Shown here: positions 26,994 to 35,699 of the stretch, piece after piece
Layout of the letters: the number at the start of each line of letters is the position of its first letter
Numbering within the stretch: the first letter of the stretch is position 1
Position numbers and translations under genes: made by a program
From: Sphingobacteriia bacterium
GTDB lineage: Bacteria > Bacteroidota > Bacteroidia > Bacteroidales > UBA7960
Direction of reading: 5' to 3'
Assembly (NCBI GenBank): GCA_041642035.1
Contig: JBEPXC010000002.1
Span: 1 to 57,572 of the forward strand
DNA: 57,572 bases
The notes under the pieces: model-generated
Told to the model about the DNA's origin: nothing
Databases searched by the model: none
The model's input: the letters and a program-made list of their open reading frames with translations, nothing else

Positions 26994-28772
26994 TTAGCTA
27001 TACATCATATCTACAATAGGTTTGTACATCCTTTCAATGGAGCTTCTTCTGAGTTTAAGGGTACTGGTCATGGTGCCGGCTTCGATGGTAAAAGGTTCAG
27101 GAAGAAGGGTAAACTTAACCACCTTTTCATAAGCGGTTAGATTTTTTTGCAACTCATCAAAACGGTTGGCTATGATTTTCATGATTTGTTCTGAGCCAAC
27201 CAGTTCATGATCACTATTGAAAAAAATATTATGTTCAATAGCTAAGCCCTTGAGCTTTTCCATTACAGGAACAATAAGAGCGCTAACGTATTTACGATTG
27301 TCACCGACAACAATCAGTTGTTCGACCACTTCATCCTGCGAAAGAATTAATTCTAGTTTTTGGGGGGAAATATATTTCCCGACAGAAGTCTTCATTAAAT
27401 CTTTAATCCGATCAACCATTATCAAATGATTGTTTTCATCCATATAACCTTCATCACCAGTAGCAAACCAACCTTCTGAGAGGACTTTTGCTGTTTCCTC
27501 TTCTTTCTTATAATACCCTTTGAATACGGTACGACCTTTAACCATTATTTCCTTTTGTTCACTAATCTTTACTTCCACACCAGGCATGATGGTACCACAG
27601 GTGCCAAATGTATATTCATGGTCTGTGAAGCAAGAAACAGTAGCCGTAGTTTCGGTAAGACCATAACCAAAATTCACAAACAGTCCCATAGCATGGAAGA
27701 ACTTGAGAATTTCTGTATTAATGGCGGCTCCTGCACAGGGCATAAACCTGATGTTGCCACCAAATATAGATCTGAGTTTTTTAAGCACCAGTTTATCCGC
27801 AAGTGCTGTTTTAAGGGCAAGTCCCGTGGGCAGAGACAGTTTTTTACTTCTATACTGTAGGGCTTGCATTCCTTGTTTTATTGACCAACGGAATACTATC
27901 TGTTTTATTGGCGACCACTTGTTCATTTCAGTGCGGATACCTGCATAGGTTTTATCAAAAAACCTTGGAACGGCACACATTACGGTTGGCTTAACCTGTG
28001 GAAGTGTTTCAATTACTTCTTTAGGGTTCTCAAGGAAAACATTTACGGCACCACAATGTAGCAAATAATGGCTCCACATGCGTTCAAACACATGACTAAG
28101 GGGAAGAAAACATAAGGAAATATCGGAGGTTTGTACCGCAAGTCGTTCATCGTGTATATCAAAACAATGGATAAAATTATCCTGGCTAAGCATAACACCT
28201 TTGGGTTCGCCCGTAGTGCCGGATGTATAAATCACAGTAGCCAGATCGTCAGAGTGGTATTCATTGACACGATCTTCGACCTTCAGTGATACTCCGGCAT
28301 CAACTGAAAGCTTTAGAAAGGTATCAAAACCCATTACCCTGGTGTCGTCCATGAGGGTAGACTCAAAAGAAACAATTTTCTCCAACGGACAGTCATCACC
28401 CATTATTCCAAGGGCTGTATGCACCTGTTCATCGTTACCGGCAAAAATCAACTTCATATTGGTTTCTTTTACAATATATAAAAGCTGATCGGCAGATGAA
28501 GTGGCATAAAATGGCACCACAACGCCGCCTATTGCCATAATGGCTAAATCTGCCATAAGCCATTGGGGCTTGTTCTGACTGAAGATACCTGCCATATCTC
28601 CTTTCTCAAATCCAAGAACATGAAGGGATGAAAGGATGTTATCGACCCTCGATTTAAGATCTTTCCAGCTTATCGACTGATAAATATTTTGTTGATTCTT
28701 GAAACGGAAAACTTCTTTTTGGGAATATTTACCCACGTTCTGTAAAAACAAAGGTATGATGTGTGAATTCAT
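26994..28772 (-). CDS. long-chain-fatty-acid--CoA ligase (AMP-binding family)
   Basis: 592 aa. AMP-binding signature IYTSGTTGEPKGVML, plus GYGLTET and WFATGDEGY motifs. Confidence 0.9.
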   Translation of the reverse strand: MNSHIIPLFLQNVGKYSQKEVFRFKNQQNIYQSISWKDLKSRVDNILSSLHVLGFEKGDMAGIFSQNKPQWLMADLAIMAIGGVVVPFYATSSADQLLYIVKETNMKLIFAGNDEQVHTALGIMGDDCPLEKIVSFESTLMDDTRVMGFDTFLKLSVDAGVSLKVEDRVNEYHSDDLATVIYTSGTTGEPKGVMLSQDNFIHCFDIHDERLAVQTSDISLCFLPLSHVFERMWSHYLLHCGAVNVFLENPKEVIETLPQVKPTVMCAVPRFFDKTYAGIRTEMNKWSPIKQIVFRWSIKQGMQALQYRSKKLSLPTGLALKTALADKLVLKKLRSIFGGNIRFMPCAGAAINTEILKFFHAMGLFVNFGYGLTETTATVSCFTDHEYTFGTCGTIMPGVEVKISEQKEIMVKGRTVFKGYYKKEEETAKVLSEGWFATGDEGYMDENNHLIMVDRIKDLMKTSVGKYISPQKLELILSQDEVVEQLIVVGDNRKYVSALIVPVMEKLKGLAIEHNIFFNSDHELVGSEQIMKIIANRFDELQKNLTAYEKVVKFTLLPEPFTIEAGTMTSTLKLRRSSIERMYKPIVDMMYS

Positions 28773-28810
28773 GTAATAACAAGTATTAGTAAGTTAAAGA
28801 GAGATCTATA

Positions 28811-28818
28811 CAAATGTA
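28811..28818 (-). promoter_or_regulatory. -7 box candidate (TACATTTG) for the acyl-CoA ligase gene
   Basis: The reverse complement of caaatgta matches TAnnTTTG. Lies 39 nt upstream of the ATG at 28772. Confidence 0.35.
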
Positions 28819-28991
28819 TAATTTAAATTGTTGATTAAATAAAAAACAAGAATAAAAAAACCCAAAACATGTTTTTGAACCCTAGTAATAATGGAAAAAG
28901 AAACAGAAAGTCTGGTTCGGGCGGAAGATAAACACCTAAAAGATTGCTGTGTAGTCAAAATTGATTGTCGGATAAAGGAAAAAGAAGATCA

Positions 28992-29402
28992 TCAATGGTA
29001 AACGCTCAGGGTAATTTTTCGATTGCCTCCCCTATTGCGAAATTCGCAAAGAAAAATACCCTGCCAGGTGCCAAGCTTTAATTTTCCATTGATGATGGGA
29101 ATGGTTAGAGATACTCCGGCAAGAGCAGATTTAATATGAGCAGGCATATCATCAGGACCTTCTGCAGAGTGCTCAACAAAGGGCAGATTTTCAGGAACAA
29201 TATGATTGAAAATACTTTCCAGATCATCCTGAACGGTAGGATCAGCATTTTCATTAATCATAAGTCCGGCAGAGGTATGATGAAGAAAGATATTTAAAAG
29301 CCCATTAGCGGGCATATTATTCAATTCCTTCACTATGTGATTGGTTATGATATGGTACCCTCTTTTGAAGGGAGGCAGTGTGATTTCTCTCTGAACAACC
29401 AT
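28992..29402 (-). CDS. yjbQ: YjbQ/UPF0047 family protein (secondary thiamine-phosphate synthase)
   Basis: LNIFLHHTSAGLMINENADPTV ... EGPDDMPAHIKSAL ... GTWQGIFLCEFR. Start taken at the internal Met (MVVQREITL, 136 aa), which is the typical family length. Confidence 0.85.
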   Translation of the reverse strand: MVVQREITLPPFKRGYHIITNHIVKELNNMPANGLLNIFLHHTSAGLMINENADPTVQDDLESIFNHIVPENLPFVEHSAEGPDDMPAHIKSALAGVSLTIPIINGKLKLGTWQGIFLCEFRNRGGNRKITLSVYH

Positions 29403-29765
29403 AGGTTGGTAATTTAGGATTTTATTTATGGTGATGGAGCATTTATGGCAAAGGTACAAAACAAAAATTAGACGAAAAGGGATAAAAGAAATGAGCAGGC
29501 AGTAATAAACTTGAAAATCAGACCAGAATTAATACTTAACTTTGATCATCCTTCAATGCAGAAGATCTTCCATACGAAATACCCTGATTCAGTTAGTTTA
29601 TTTATTCTGCAATGCATTGGGGGTGAGAGGACACACATACTATCTATTATTCGTCAATGCATGCATCATCAAGTGTTTATGAGTTTGCAGGTCCGGTTCA
29701 GCAATTTTTATGAGTGCTTTATTGATGCAAGCTTTAACAGGAAATTCCAGGCCACCCTTACAAAA

Positions 29766-30623
29766 ATGAAAATAAGACTTCTCCCGCTTGCCTTGCTCAG
29801 ACTAACTAAACCGATCATAACCCTTTCAGTTGGGTTTTCGGCCCTCACTGCATATATTCTACATGAAGGTTCGATGAGCCGCGGATGGTTTTTACTGTAC
29901 CTGGGTGTCTTATTAACTGCAGCCGGTTCGTCGGCCATAAATCAGATTCAGGAGGCAAAACAGGATAAGATGATGGCTCGCACCCAGAATAGGCCAATAC
30001 CTTCGGGCCAAATAACAAGTTTACAGGCCTCTGTCTGGGCTTTCTTATTGGTTTCGACAGGAGCTCTTATTCTTTGGCGATACAGCAATCCTATGGCATC
30101 GGGTCTATCGCTCACCACGGTATTATGGTATAATGGGGTTTATACTCCCTTAAAAAAAATCACGCCATGGGCAATACTTCCCGGGGCAGTTGTAGGTGCC
30201 ATCCCTCCTGCTATTGGTTGGGTGGCCGCTGGGGGAGCATTGTTACATCCCCATATTGTTTTTCTATGCTTTTTTTTCTTCATCGGGCAAATTCCTCATT
30301 TTTGGTTAATACTGCTGCGACATAGTCATGATTATGAAAAAGGGGGCTTTCCTTCAATTAGTACTACCTTTACAAGCTTACAAATCAGACGACTCACCTT
30401 TAGCTGGACCCTATCTACGGCTATGGCTGCGGTATGTCTTACCCTGTTTGGAATCATCAGCTCAACTTTTCTTGCTATCGCCACAGTTATCTTGTCCATT
30501 GCTTTGGTTATATCCTTTGGCAGGCTGTTGCAAAATCATTCTTTTGTAAATAAAACCTTTATAATAATGAACCTTTACTTTATGCTGATGATGATCATAA
30601 TCATACTGGATGCTGTGAATTGA
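29766..30623 (+). CDS. cyoE: protoheme IX farnesyltransferase (heme O synthase), UbiA family
   Basis: LTKPIITLSVGFSAL, NQIQEAKQDKMMARTQNRPIPSG (UbiA Asp-rich motif with first Asp as Glu), ~8 TM helices. The track start at 29511 is a TTG with an 85-aa non-homologous extension, so ATG 29766 (285 aa) is preferred. Confidence 0.87.
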   Translation: MKIRLLPLALLRLTKPIITLSVGFSALTAYILHEGSMSRGWFLLYLGVLLTAAGSSAINQIQEAKQDKMMARTQNRPIPSGQITSLQASVWAFLLVSTGALILWRYSNPMASGLSLTTVLWYNGVYTPLKKITPWAILPGAVVGAIPPAIGWVAAGGALLHPHIVFLCFFFFIGQIPHFWLILLRHSHDYEKGGFPSISTTFTSLQIRRLTFSWTLSTAMAAVCLTLFGIISSTFLAIATVILSIALVISFGRLLQNHSFVNKTFIIMNLYFMLMMIIIILDAVN

Positions 30624-30723
30624 TGATGAAAATGTTGTTTATAAACAAAGTTTAATTAAAAGTGAAAGCATCCTAATATTTTTTTTGTAATTTTGATTAA
30701 TACAAACTTAAATCTCATTTGTC

Positions 30724-31296
30724 ATGATATTTTTCTTTTTCAGCTTTCTTGCCACCCTGCTAGGCGGCATAAGCGCGGGCAGCATGTTCAATTTCCCTTT
30801 CGTCATGAATCTCTCTGTTAACAATCCCTTTTCCGGAATAATTGCTTTCTGGCCTTTTATCATTGTATTGGTTTTGCTTCTTTTAGCTATTTTATGGTAT
30901 CAAACCATAAAAAATATGCGTAGAAATAAAAGTCATGTCGGACGAAGTCAACGCCAGGGAATGCATTCAACAGTGTTTTTGGGTATTGTGACAGTTTTAA
31001 TTGTCATCCTTATGGCTGCTCCTTATGTAATAGAATCCTTTGACAATACGGCTGAGGAGATTACTATAACCAATCCCGACAATCAGGTAGAGATGATACT
31101 AACAGTACATGGGATGGATTGCACGGGATGTGAGGGACTTATAAACCGAAATGTAAGCACTCTTGAGGGAGTGGAAAGTGTTGCCGCCTCTCATACCCAG
31201 CAAGAGGTTGTTGTGGTATATGATAAATCGAAAGTTTCTGTTGATTTAATTGCCCAGGCCATTGAAGATTCAGGTTACACGGTCGTGTTGGAATAA
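30724..31296 (+). CDS. membrane-anchored heavy-metal-associated (HMA) domain protein
   Basis: 190 aa. Three N-terminal TM helices, then an HMA fold HGMDCTGCEGLINRNVSTLEGVESV...VVVVYD...IEDSGYTV with the CxxC metal site. Confidence 0.75.
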   Translation: MIFFFFSFLATLLGGISAGSMFNFPFVMNLSVNNPFSGIIAFWPFIIVLVLLLLAILWYQTIKNMRRNKSHVGRSQRQGMHSTVFLGIVTVLIVILMAAPYVIESFDNTAEEITITNPDNQVEMILTVHGMDCTGCEGLINRNVSTLEGVESVAASHTQQEVVVVYDKSKVSVDLIAQAIEDSGYTVVLE

Positions 31297-31363
31297 GCAG
31301 GGAATGATCCTGTTCTTTGAGCAGGAAACAACAATCATACTTTCCAGTAACCAGGTTTTAGTT

Positions 31364-31396
31364 CCCCAAAAATCCACCGATTGGGGTTTTAGTTTT
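31364..31396 (+). terminator. possible terminator after the HMA gene
   Basis: 6-bp stem ccccaa (31364-31369) / ttgggg (31381-31386) with an 11-nt loop, followed by ttttagtttt. Confidence 0.4.
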
Positions 31397-31421
31397 GCCA
31401 TGCCAGATGCTTCATAATGGG

Positions 31422-31621
31422 TTAATTCTCCAAAATAGATGCCCCCTCCTTGCTGCCAGGCATCTGCTTTACATAAGACCTGACGGGATACTTATCGGCA
31501 GGAAGAGTAAAAAGGGGATTACGATCATACAACTTTTCCAGATGATCTTTTCGTTATATGATCTTGGCGCACCCAGATTTAGATCGTAATTCATTCTGCT
31601 ATTAAAGACCTTTTTAGGTTT
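31422..31621 (-). pseudogene. frameshifted, truncated N-terminal remnant of a TupA-like ATP-grasp amidoligase gene (capsule/polysaccharide-associated family)
   Basis: The minus strand reads KKVFNSRMNYDLNLGAPRSYNEKIIWK. After a 1-nt frame slip in an A4 run (31534-31537) it reads KLYDRNPLFTLPADKYPVRSYVKQ..., then a stop at 31422-31424. The signature NEK..W.KLYDRNPL....ADKY.VR.YV is the conserved N-terminus of that family. There are in-frame stops upstream and only ~70 of ~290 residues remain. Confidence 0.55.
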
Positions 31622-32256
31622 TTATAGCTATTGACTTTGTCGAAACCTAGTTTAAGATCGGCATAGAAATAATTTAAGGCGGACGGCAGATGGCTCATAA
31701 AGTTTTTCTTGTTGATATTTATGAGAAGAGCCTAAAGAAATTATGGTTGTAAGTGATTTATGCTGGATTGCTTTGATCATGGGAAGTGAATTGGGTTTTA
31801 CTATGAATAGATGTTTTCAATCATTCAACAATAAATATATTTACTTACTCATACACCTTCGTAGAGGTTAAATATGCGATAATTATCGACATAGCCATAT
31901 TTTAATTAACTAATGTTATGATAATTTGCAGGTTTGATAATTCATATATTTATACATACTTAACCCATTATCCTAATTATTAACTGATTGGTCTTACTTC
32001 AAAAAAGAAAAAACTGATAAAAATCATCATTTATTGCGACAATGATGTTAAATTTAAATAATATATAGAATTTTTTTAATGGTTTATTTGTTTTTAATAG
32101 TTGTTTAACGACATATATCTAAAATACGCCAAAGCTTTAAACATCATCAAAGTAGATAAAAGAAAGACCGGAGGCAACTTTGTTTATGCGGATAACAGAA
32201 GAGATTTAGACCTAATAACAAGATTTTTAAAATCTAAGGTCAAGCAAAACAATTCG

Positions 32257-32264
32257 TATATTTG
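32257..32264 (+). promoter_or_regulatory. -7 box candidate (TATATTTG) for the HlyD-like/VTC/DUF4956 operon
   Basis: Exact TAnnTTTG match ~100 nt upstream of the first cistron. The 12-mer atttgcaggttt recurs at ~31926. Confidence 0.35.
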
Positions 32265-32361
32265 CAGGTTTTATGTAAAGAAATCGTTAAGCATATCTTA
32301 CTATAAGGTTAACAAAATGCAGCTTTGAATACCTTTAACAGCTGTCTTGAAAATATAATTA

Positions 32362-33453
32362 TTGGTGAAGAACAGAAATTTTTTATGGTTACCCGTTTTA
32401 CTTCTTGCAGTGCCATTGGCCTATATTGCCAAAAGCCTGGAGTTTAATTATTCTATTAGCTCCAAGGGTATTTTATATCCTGCCCGGGAATGGACCTTAT
32501 CTCGCACTGCTGATGGGAATTTAATAAACAGCATAAGAGATAATCGAAATAATAGTGTTGCCCAATACTCAGTTACTGAATTTCAGCGTGGAGACATGGC
32601 CAGTTTCAGTATAAGACCGGAAATTTATGCCAGAGATACAGTATTTAAAGGAGACACCATTGGTAATATATTATCACAAAATGAGCAAGGCAGATATATT
32701 GAACTTCAGGGAGAACTCAGTCTTCAGAAAAAGCTTCTTTCGGTATACTCCAGTGGGGAAAAGCCAGGAGAGATAAATATCGCCAGGGAAAGAATAAATC
32801 TTGCCAGACAGGAACATGAAACCCAACTGCGAATTACGGAACGAAACAAAATTTTATTTGAAAAAGCTTACATTCCGGAGGAAGAATATGAACTGTCGCA
32901 AAATGAACTAGCCATCAAGAAGCAGAATTACTTAATCGCTGAGAGTGAATATGAGGCCCTTGTTAGCGGAGCAAAACAAGAACAACTGGATTATGTATTA
33001 GCCAATATAGAATCCTTGGAACAACAGCTCAAACATATAGAGAAGCTCATCAGTGATTTCACCATTACAAGCCCTGTGACAGGTAAAATCATAAAGCAGC
33101 AGGGAAGAGAGGTAAGCAGCGACTATGAATCCATTCTCAAGGTGGCCGATACAGAAAACTATATTATGATTGTGCCTGTTGATATTTATAATCTACCCTT
33201 TTTGGATATTGGGCAGGAAATTTTATTTACCCACCCGACAGGTAAAGAATATACGGCATACATATCCGATATTGATAATTCATCACAATTAATTAACGGT
33301 AAACAAAAAATATTTTTAACCGCTTTAGTGGAAGCCGGTGCAGATGAGAAATCTTTTCACCCCAATATGGTTGTTGAAATCAGCATCCCCTCAGGAAACA
33401 TTCCTATTCAACAGTACTTTTCCAGATTGGTCAATGAAGTATACAATAACTAA
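32362..33453 (+). CDS. HlyD-family-like periplasmic adaptor (membrane fusion protein architecture)
   Basis: 363 aa with a TTG (or GTG 32365) start. One N-terminal TM helix (FLWLPVLLLAVPLAYIA). Lipoyl-like half sites FKGDTIG and ITSPVTGKI flank a long coiled-coil (EYELSQNELAIKKQNYLIAESEYEALVSGAKQEQLDYVLANIESLEQQLKHIEKLI), followed by a beta-barrel-like C-terminus. Confidence 0.6.
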   Translation: MVKNRNFLWLPVLLLAVPLAYIAKSLEFNYSISSKGILYPAREWTLSRTADGNLINSIRDNRNNSVAQYSVTEFQRGDMASFSIRPEIYARDTVFKGDTIGNILSQNEQGRYIELQGELSLQKKLLSVYSSGEKPGEINIARERINLARQEHETQLRITERNKILFEKAYIPEEEYELSQNELAIKKQNYLIAESEYEALVSGAKQEQLDYVLANIESLEQQLKHIEKLISDFTITSPVTGKIIKQQGREVSSDYESILKVADTENYIMIVPVDIYNLPFLDIGQEILFTHPTGKEYTAYISDIDNSSQLINGKQKIFLTALVEAGADEKSFHPNMVVEISIPSGNIPIQQYFSRLVNEVYNN

Positions 33454-33456
33454 GAT

Positions 33457-34197
33457 ATGTTACTAAGATACGAAAGAAAATACCTTGTACCATATCATAG
33501 TATGGATAAACTCAGAGCCCGGATGATGCCATTTGTGGAGCCCGATAGATATGCCCTGAATTCCAGTTCTGTTCTTTCTCAATATACCGTTAGAAGCATT
33601 TATCTGGATACACCATTTCTTGATTGCCATGAAGAAAAAATAGCCGGAGTAGAATTAAGAAAAAAGTTCAGAATAAGAAGCTATAATACCAATAATCCTG
33701 AAGCCATAGCTGTGTTTGAAATAAAGAGGAAAATAGGAAGCAGAATAAAAAAACATCGCGCTTTTTGTTGGTATAAGGATCTTGAGGAGCTCATGGCAAC
33801 AGCTGACATTGATAAGTATATTCATCAGAATTCGGAAGAAGATTTAAATGATGCAAGCAGGTTCTTTTTTCATGCAAAAAAGAGATTGTTAAAACCAGCC
33901 GTTTTAATTGTATATGAAAGGGAGGCTTATCATGGAAGGCTTGATTCGGGCGTAAGAATTACCTTTGACAAAAATATACGAAGCAAATTATACCCCACCA
34001 TCGACCAGATGTTTACCAATGCGGACCTGATGCAATTATTCAAAAATCATTTTATTCTGGAAATTAAATACTTTTCAGACGAGATGCCCTCATGGGCAAA
34101 GTCATTGGTGCAGGAATTCAGGCTTCGCAATGATGCCTTATCAAAATATACCATTGGGTATGATGTGCACGTAAAACAAAATGTATCAAATTATTAA
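33457..34197 (+). CDS. VTC-domain (Vtc4-like polyphosphate polymerase / triphosphate-tunnel) protein
   Basis: 246 aa. A series of charged-alternating beta-strand motifs typical of the VTC/CYTH tunnel: YERKYLV, VRSIYLDT, KFRIRSY, FEIKRK, YEREAYHG, VRITFDKN, ILEIKYF. Starts 3 nt after the upstream stop. Confidence 0.8.
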   Translation: MLLRYERKYLVPYHSMDKLRARMMPFVEPDRYALNSSSVLSQYTVRSIYLDTPFLDCHEEKIAGVELRKKFRIRSYNTNNPEAIAVFEIKRKIGSRIKKHRAFCWYKDLEELMATADIDKYIHQNSEEDLNDASRFFFHAKKRLLKPAVLIVYEREAYHGRLDSGVRITFDKNIRSKLYPTIDQMFTNADLMQLFKNHFILEIKYFSDEMPSWAKSLVQEFRLRNDALSKYTIGYDVHVKQNVSNY

Positions 34198-34202
34198 ATA
34201 AG

Positions 34203-34883
34203 ATGTTGGAAGAATATCAAACAATTTTTGTGTTTTCATTAACCGCTAAGGATGTAATAGGCAATATCCTTGTAGCTACCATGTGTGGTTTTTTTATCGC
34301 ATTTCTATATAAATATACCTATTCGGGATTGAATTACTCTTCCGCTTTCAATGTTTCCTTGGTAATGCTTACCATGATTACAGCAGTGGTAATTATGGTT
34401 ATAGGGAATAATCTTGCAAGAGCCTTCGGCATGGTTGGAGCTATGTCCATTATTCGTTTCCGAACAGCAGTGAAAGATGCTTCGGATATTATGTTTATAT
34501 TCTTTGCTCTGACCATAGGACTTGCCTCGGGCGTAAAGCTGTATTCCATAGCAGTCGTGGGTACCCTATTTATAGGGTTTATCTACTTTATAATTACGAA
34601 GATGAATTTTTCACTGCCCGTAAAACGCGAATTTCTCATGCAGATCGTATCCAATGAAAATCAAACAGAAGAAAATCCTTTTGCAGATGTGTTGCAGAAA
34701 TATTGCGGAAAACACAAGTTGGTAAATATAAAATCTCTCGGGGAAAGAGGGGACGATTCTCAGATGGAATTTTCTTTTTATGTAACCTTGAAAAATGAAG
34801 CCAGGGCGCCACTAATGGTGAAGGAAATAAAATCGATAAAAGGGGTTGAACAAACAAACCTGTTTTTTGATGAAACAATGTAG
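34203..34883 (+). CDS. DUF4956 membrane protein
   Basis: 226 aa. Four TM helices including GAMSIIRFRTAVKDASDIMFIFFALTIGLASG (the motif I associate with DUF4956), then a soluble ~90-aa C-terminal domain. Starts 5 nt after the VTC gene. Confidence 0.72.
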   Translation: MLEEYQTIFVFSLTAKDVIGNILVATMCGFFIAFLYKYTYSGLNYSSAFNVSLVMLTMITAVVIMVIGNNLARAFGMVGAMSIIRFRTAVKDASDIMFIFFALTIGLASGVKLYSIAVVGTLFIGFIYFIITKMNFSLPVKREFLMQIVSNENQTEENPFADVLQKYCGKHKLVNIKSLGERGDDSQMEFSFYVTLKNEARAPLMVKEIKSIKGVEQTNLFFDETM

Positions 34884-34955
34884 GCTTCCTGATAATAAAT
34901 CAAAAAGTCTATGCATACATACGCATCAAAGAAATTAGACCATCGATGTGATAGC

Positions 34956-35648
34956 TTAAAAATTACCTTGGAGCCTTTCTCTTAATTCATCGTAGGTAGT
35001 GGGTTGATAATCGCGGGTAACATAAAAATTTCTGCCTCCGACAAATAACCTTTTTTTAATGGATTGGGCTTCATATCTTATGTTTAATTGGCCTACTCTT
35101 ATTTCATATTCCAACATAAGCCCGGGAACTTCATAATAAGGAATATCAAAATTAAACGCATTCCCCGGAATCGCTTTGGTATAGTAAATAACCGATTCAT
35201 GCTCCTCCCCAAACAGGTCTGTAACTCTGGCAATAGCTTTAAAACAGGTATAACCTAATATCTCTTTGGTTTCGTCGGTAAATTCCAGTTCGGGTTCAGG
35301 CATATTTTGCAGTGCATTTTGAATCTCTTCGTAGGTGCGAGTAATGACATACTTCTCGCGCAAGATTTCCAACATAGTAGATATCTGTCGTGTATTCCCA
35401 TCGGCAATTTTAATCTGATACAATCCTGCCTTTTCACCGCTTAACTCTGTCCGGACCAGATTTTTCTTCGTGAGTATCACAGCTTTATCCGGCAGTTCCT
35501 GCAATTCGGCAAGGTCAACATTGCTACCGGGATAAGATAGGTTATAGATAATGCGTCCTTTAAGTGGTCTTTGAGCAAGAATAGTAAAAGGTAAGACCAG
35601 AATAAGGGCCATAAAAAGAACAATCCGTAAATTTTTATTTGAGAGCAT
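34956..35648 (-). CDS. hypothetical secreted protein (signal peptide; weak GLPGLI-family-like motif)
   Basis: Start at the internal Met gives MLSNKNLRIVLFMALILVLPFTILAQ. The C-terminal EVPGLMLEYEI motif only loosely resembles GLPGLI-family proteins. Confidence 0.5.
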   Translation of the reverse strand: MLSNKNLRIVLFMALILVLPFTILAQRPLKGRIIYNLSYPGSNVDLAELQELPDKAVILTKKNLVRTELSGEKAGLYQIKIADGNTRQISTMLEILREKYVITRTYEEIQNALQNMPEPELEFTDETKEILGYTCFKAIARVTDLFGEEHESVIYYTKAIPGNAFNFDIPYYEVPGLMLEYEIRVGQLNIRYEAQSIKKRLFVGGRNFYVTRDYQPTTYDELRERLQGNF

Positions 35649-35699
35649 AAAGTTTATTTTTGAATATGAAACATATACGCACAAAGAATGCTATTTGTT

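Noticed and set aside
29511-29765. 85-aa N-terminal extension of the cyoE ORF (TTG start)
   Set aside because: The extension has no TM helix or UbiA similarity, and the canonical N-terminus begins at ATG 29766. Similar over-long track starts were trimmed for dapB (39822), parA (42305), yjbQ (29459), the DUF305 gene (11133), the tandem-DUF3494 gene (50120) and the 34956 gene (35684).
32101-32328. 75-aa TTG-start ORF upstream of the HlyD-like gene
   Set aside because: It lies in very AT-rich DNA with a Lys/Asn/Ile-rich translation and no motifs. It also contains the candidate operon promoter box. It is probably non-coding, but a small regulatory protein cannot be excluded without conservation data.
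32362-34883. Calling the VTC operon a horizontally acquired island from base composition
   Set aside because: Hand counts on a few 60-nt lines give about 35-43 percent GC here, versus about 50-55 percent in the thr and glt genes. However, tamB, fadD, speA and other core genes in the second half of the window are similarly AT-rich. A sliding-window GC and codon-usage calculation is needed before any island claim.
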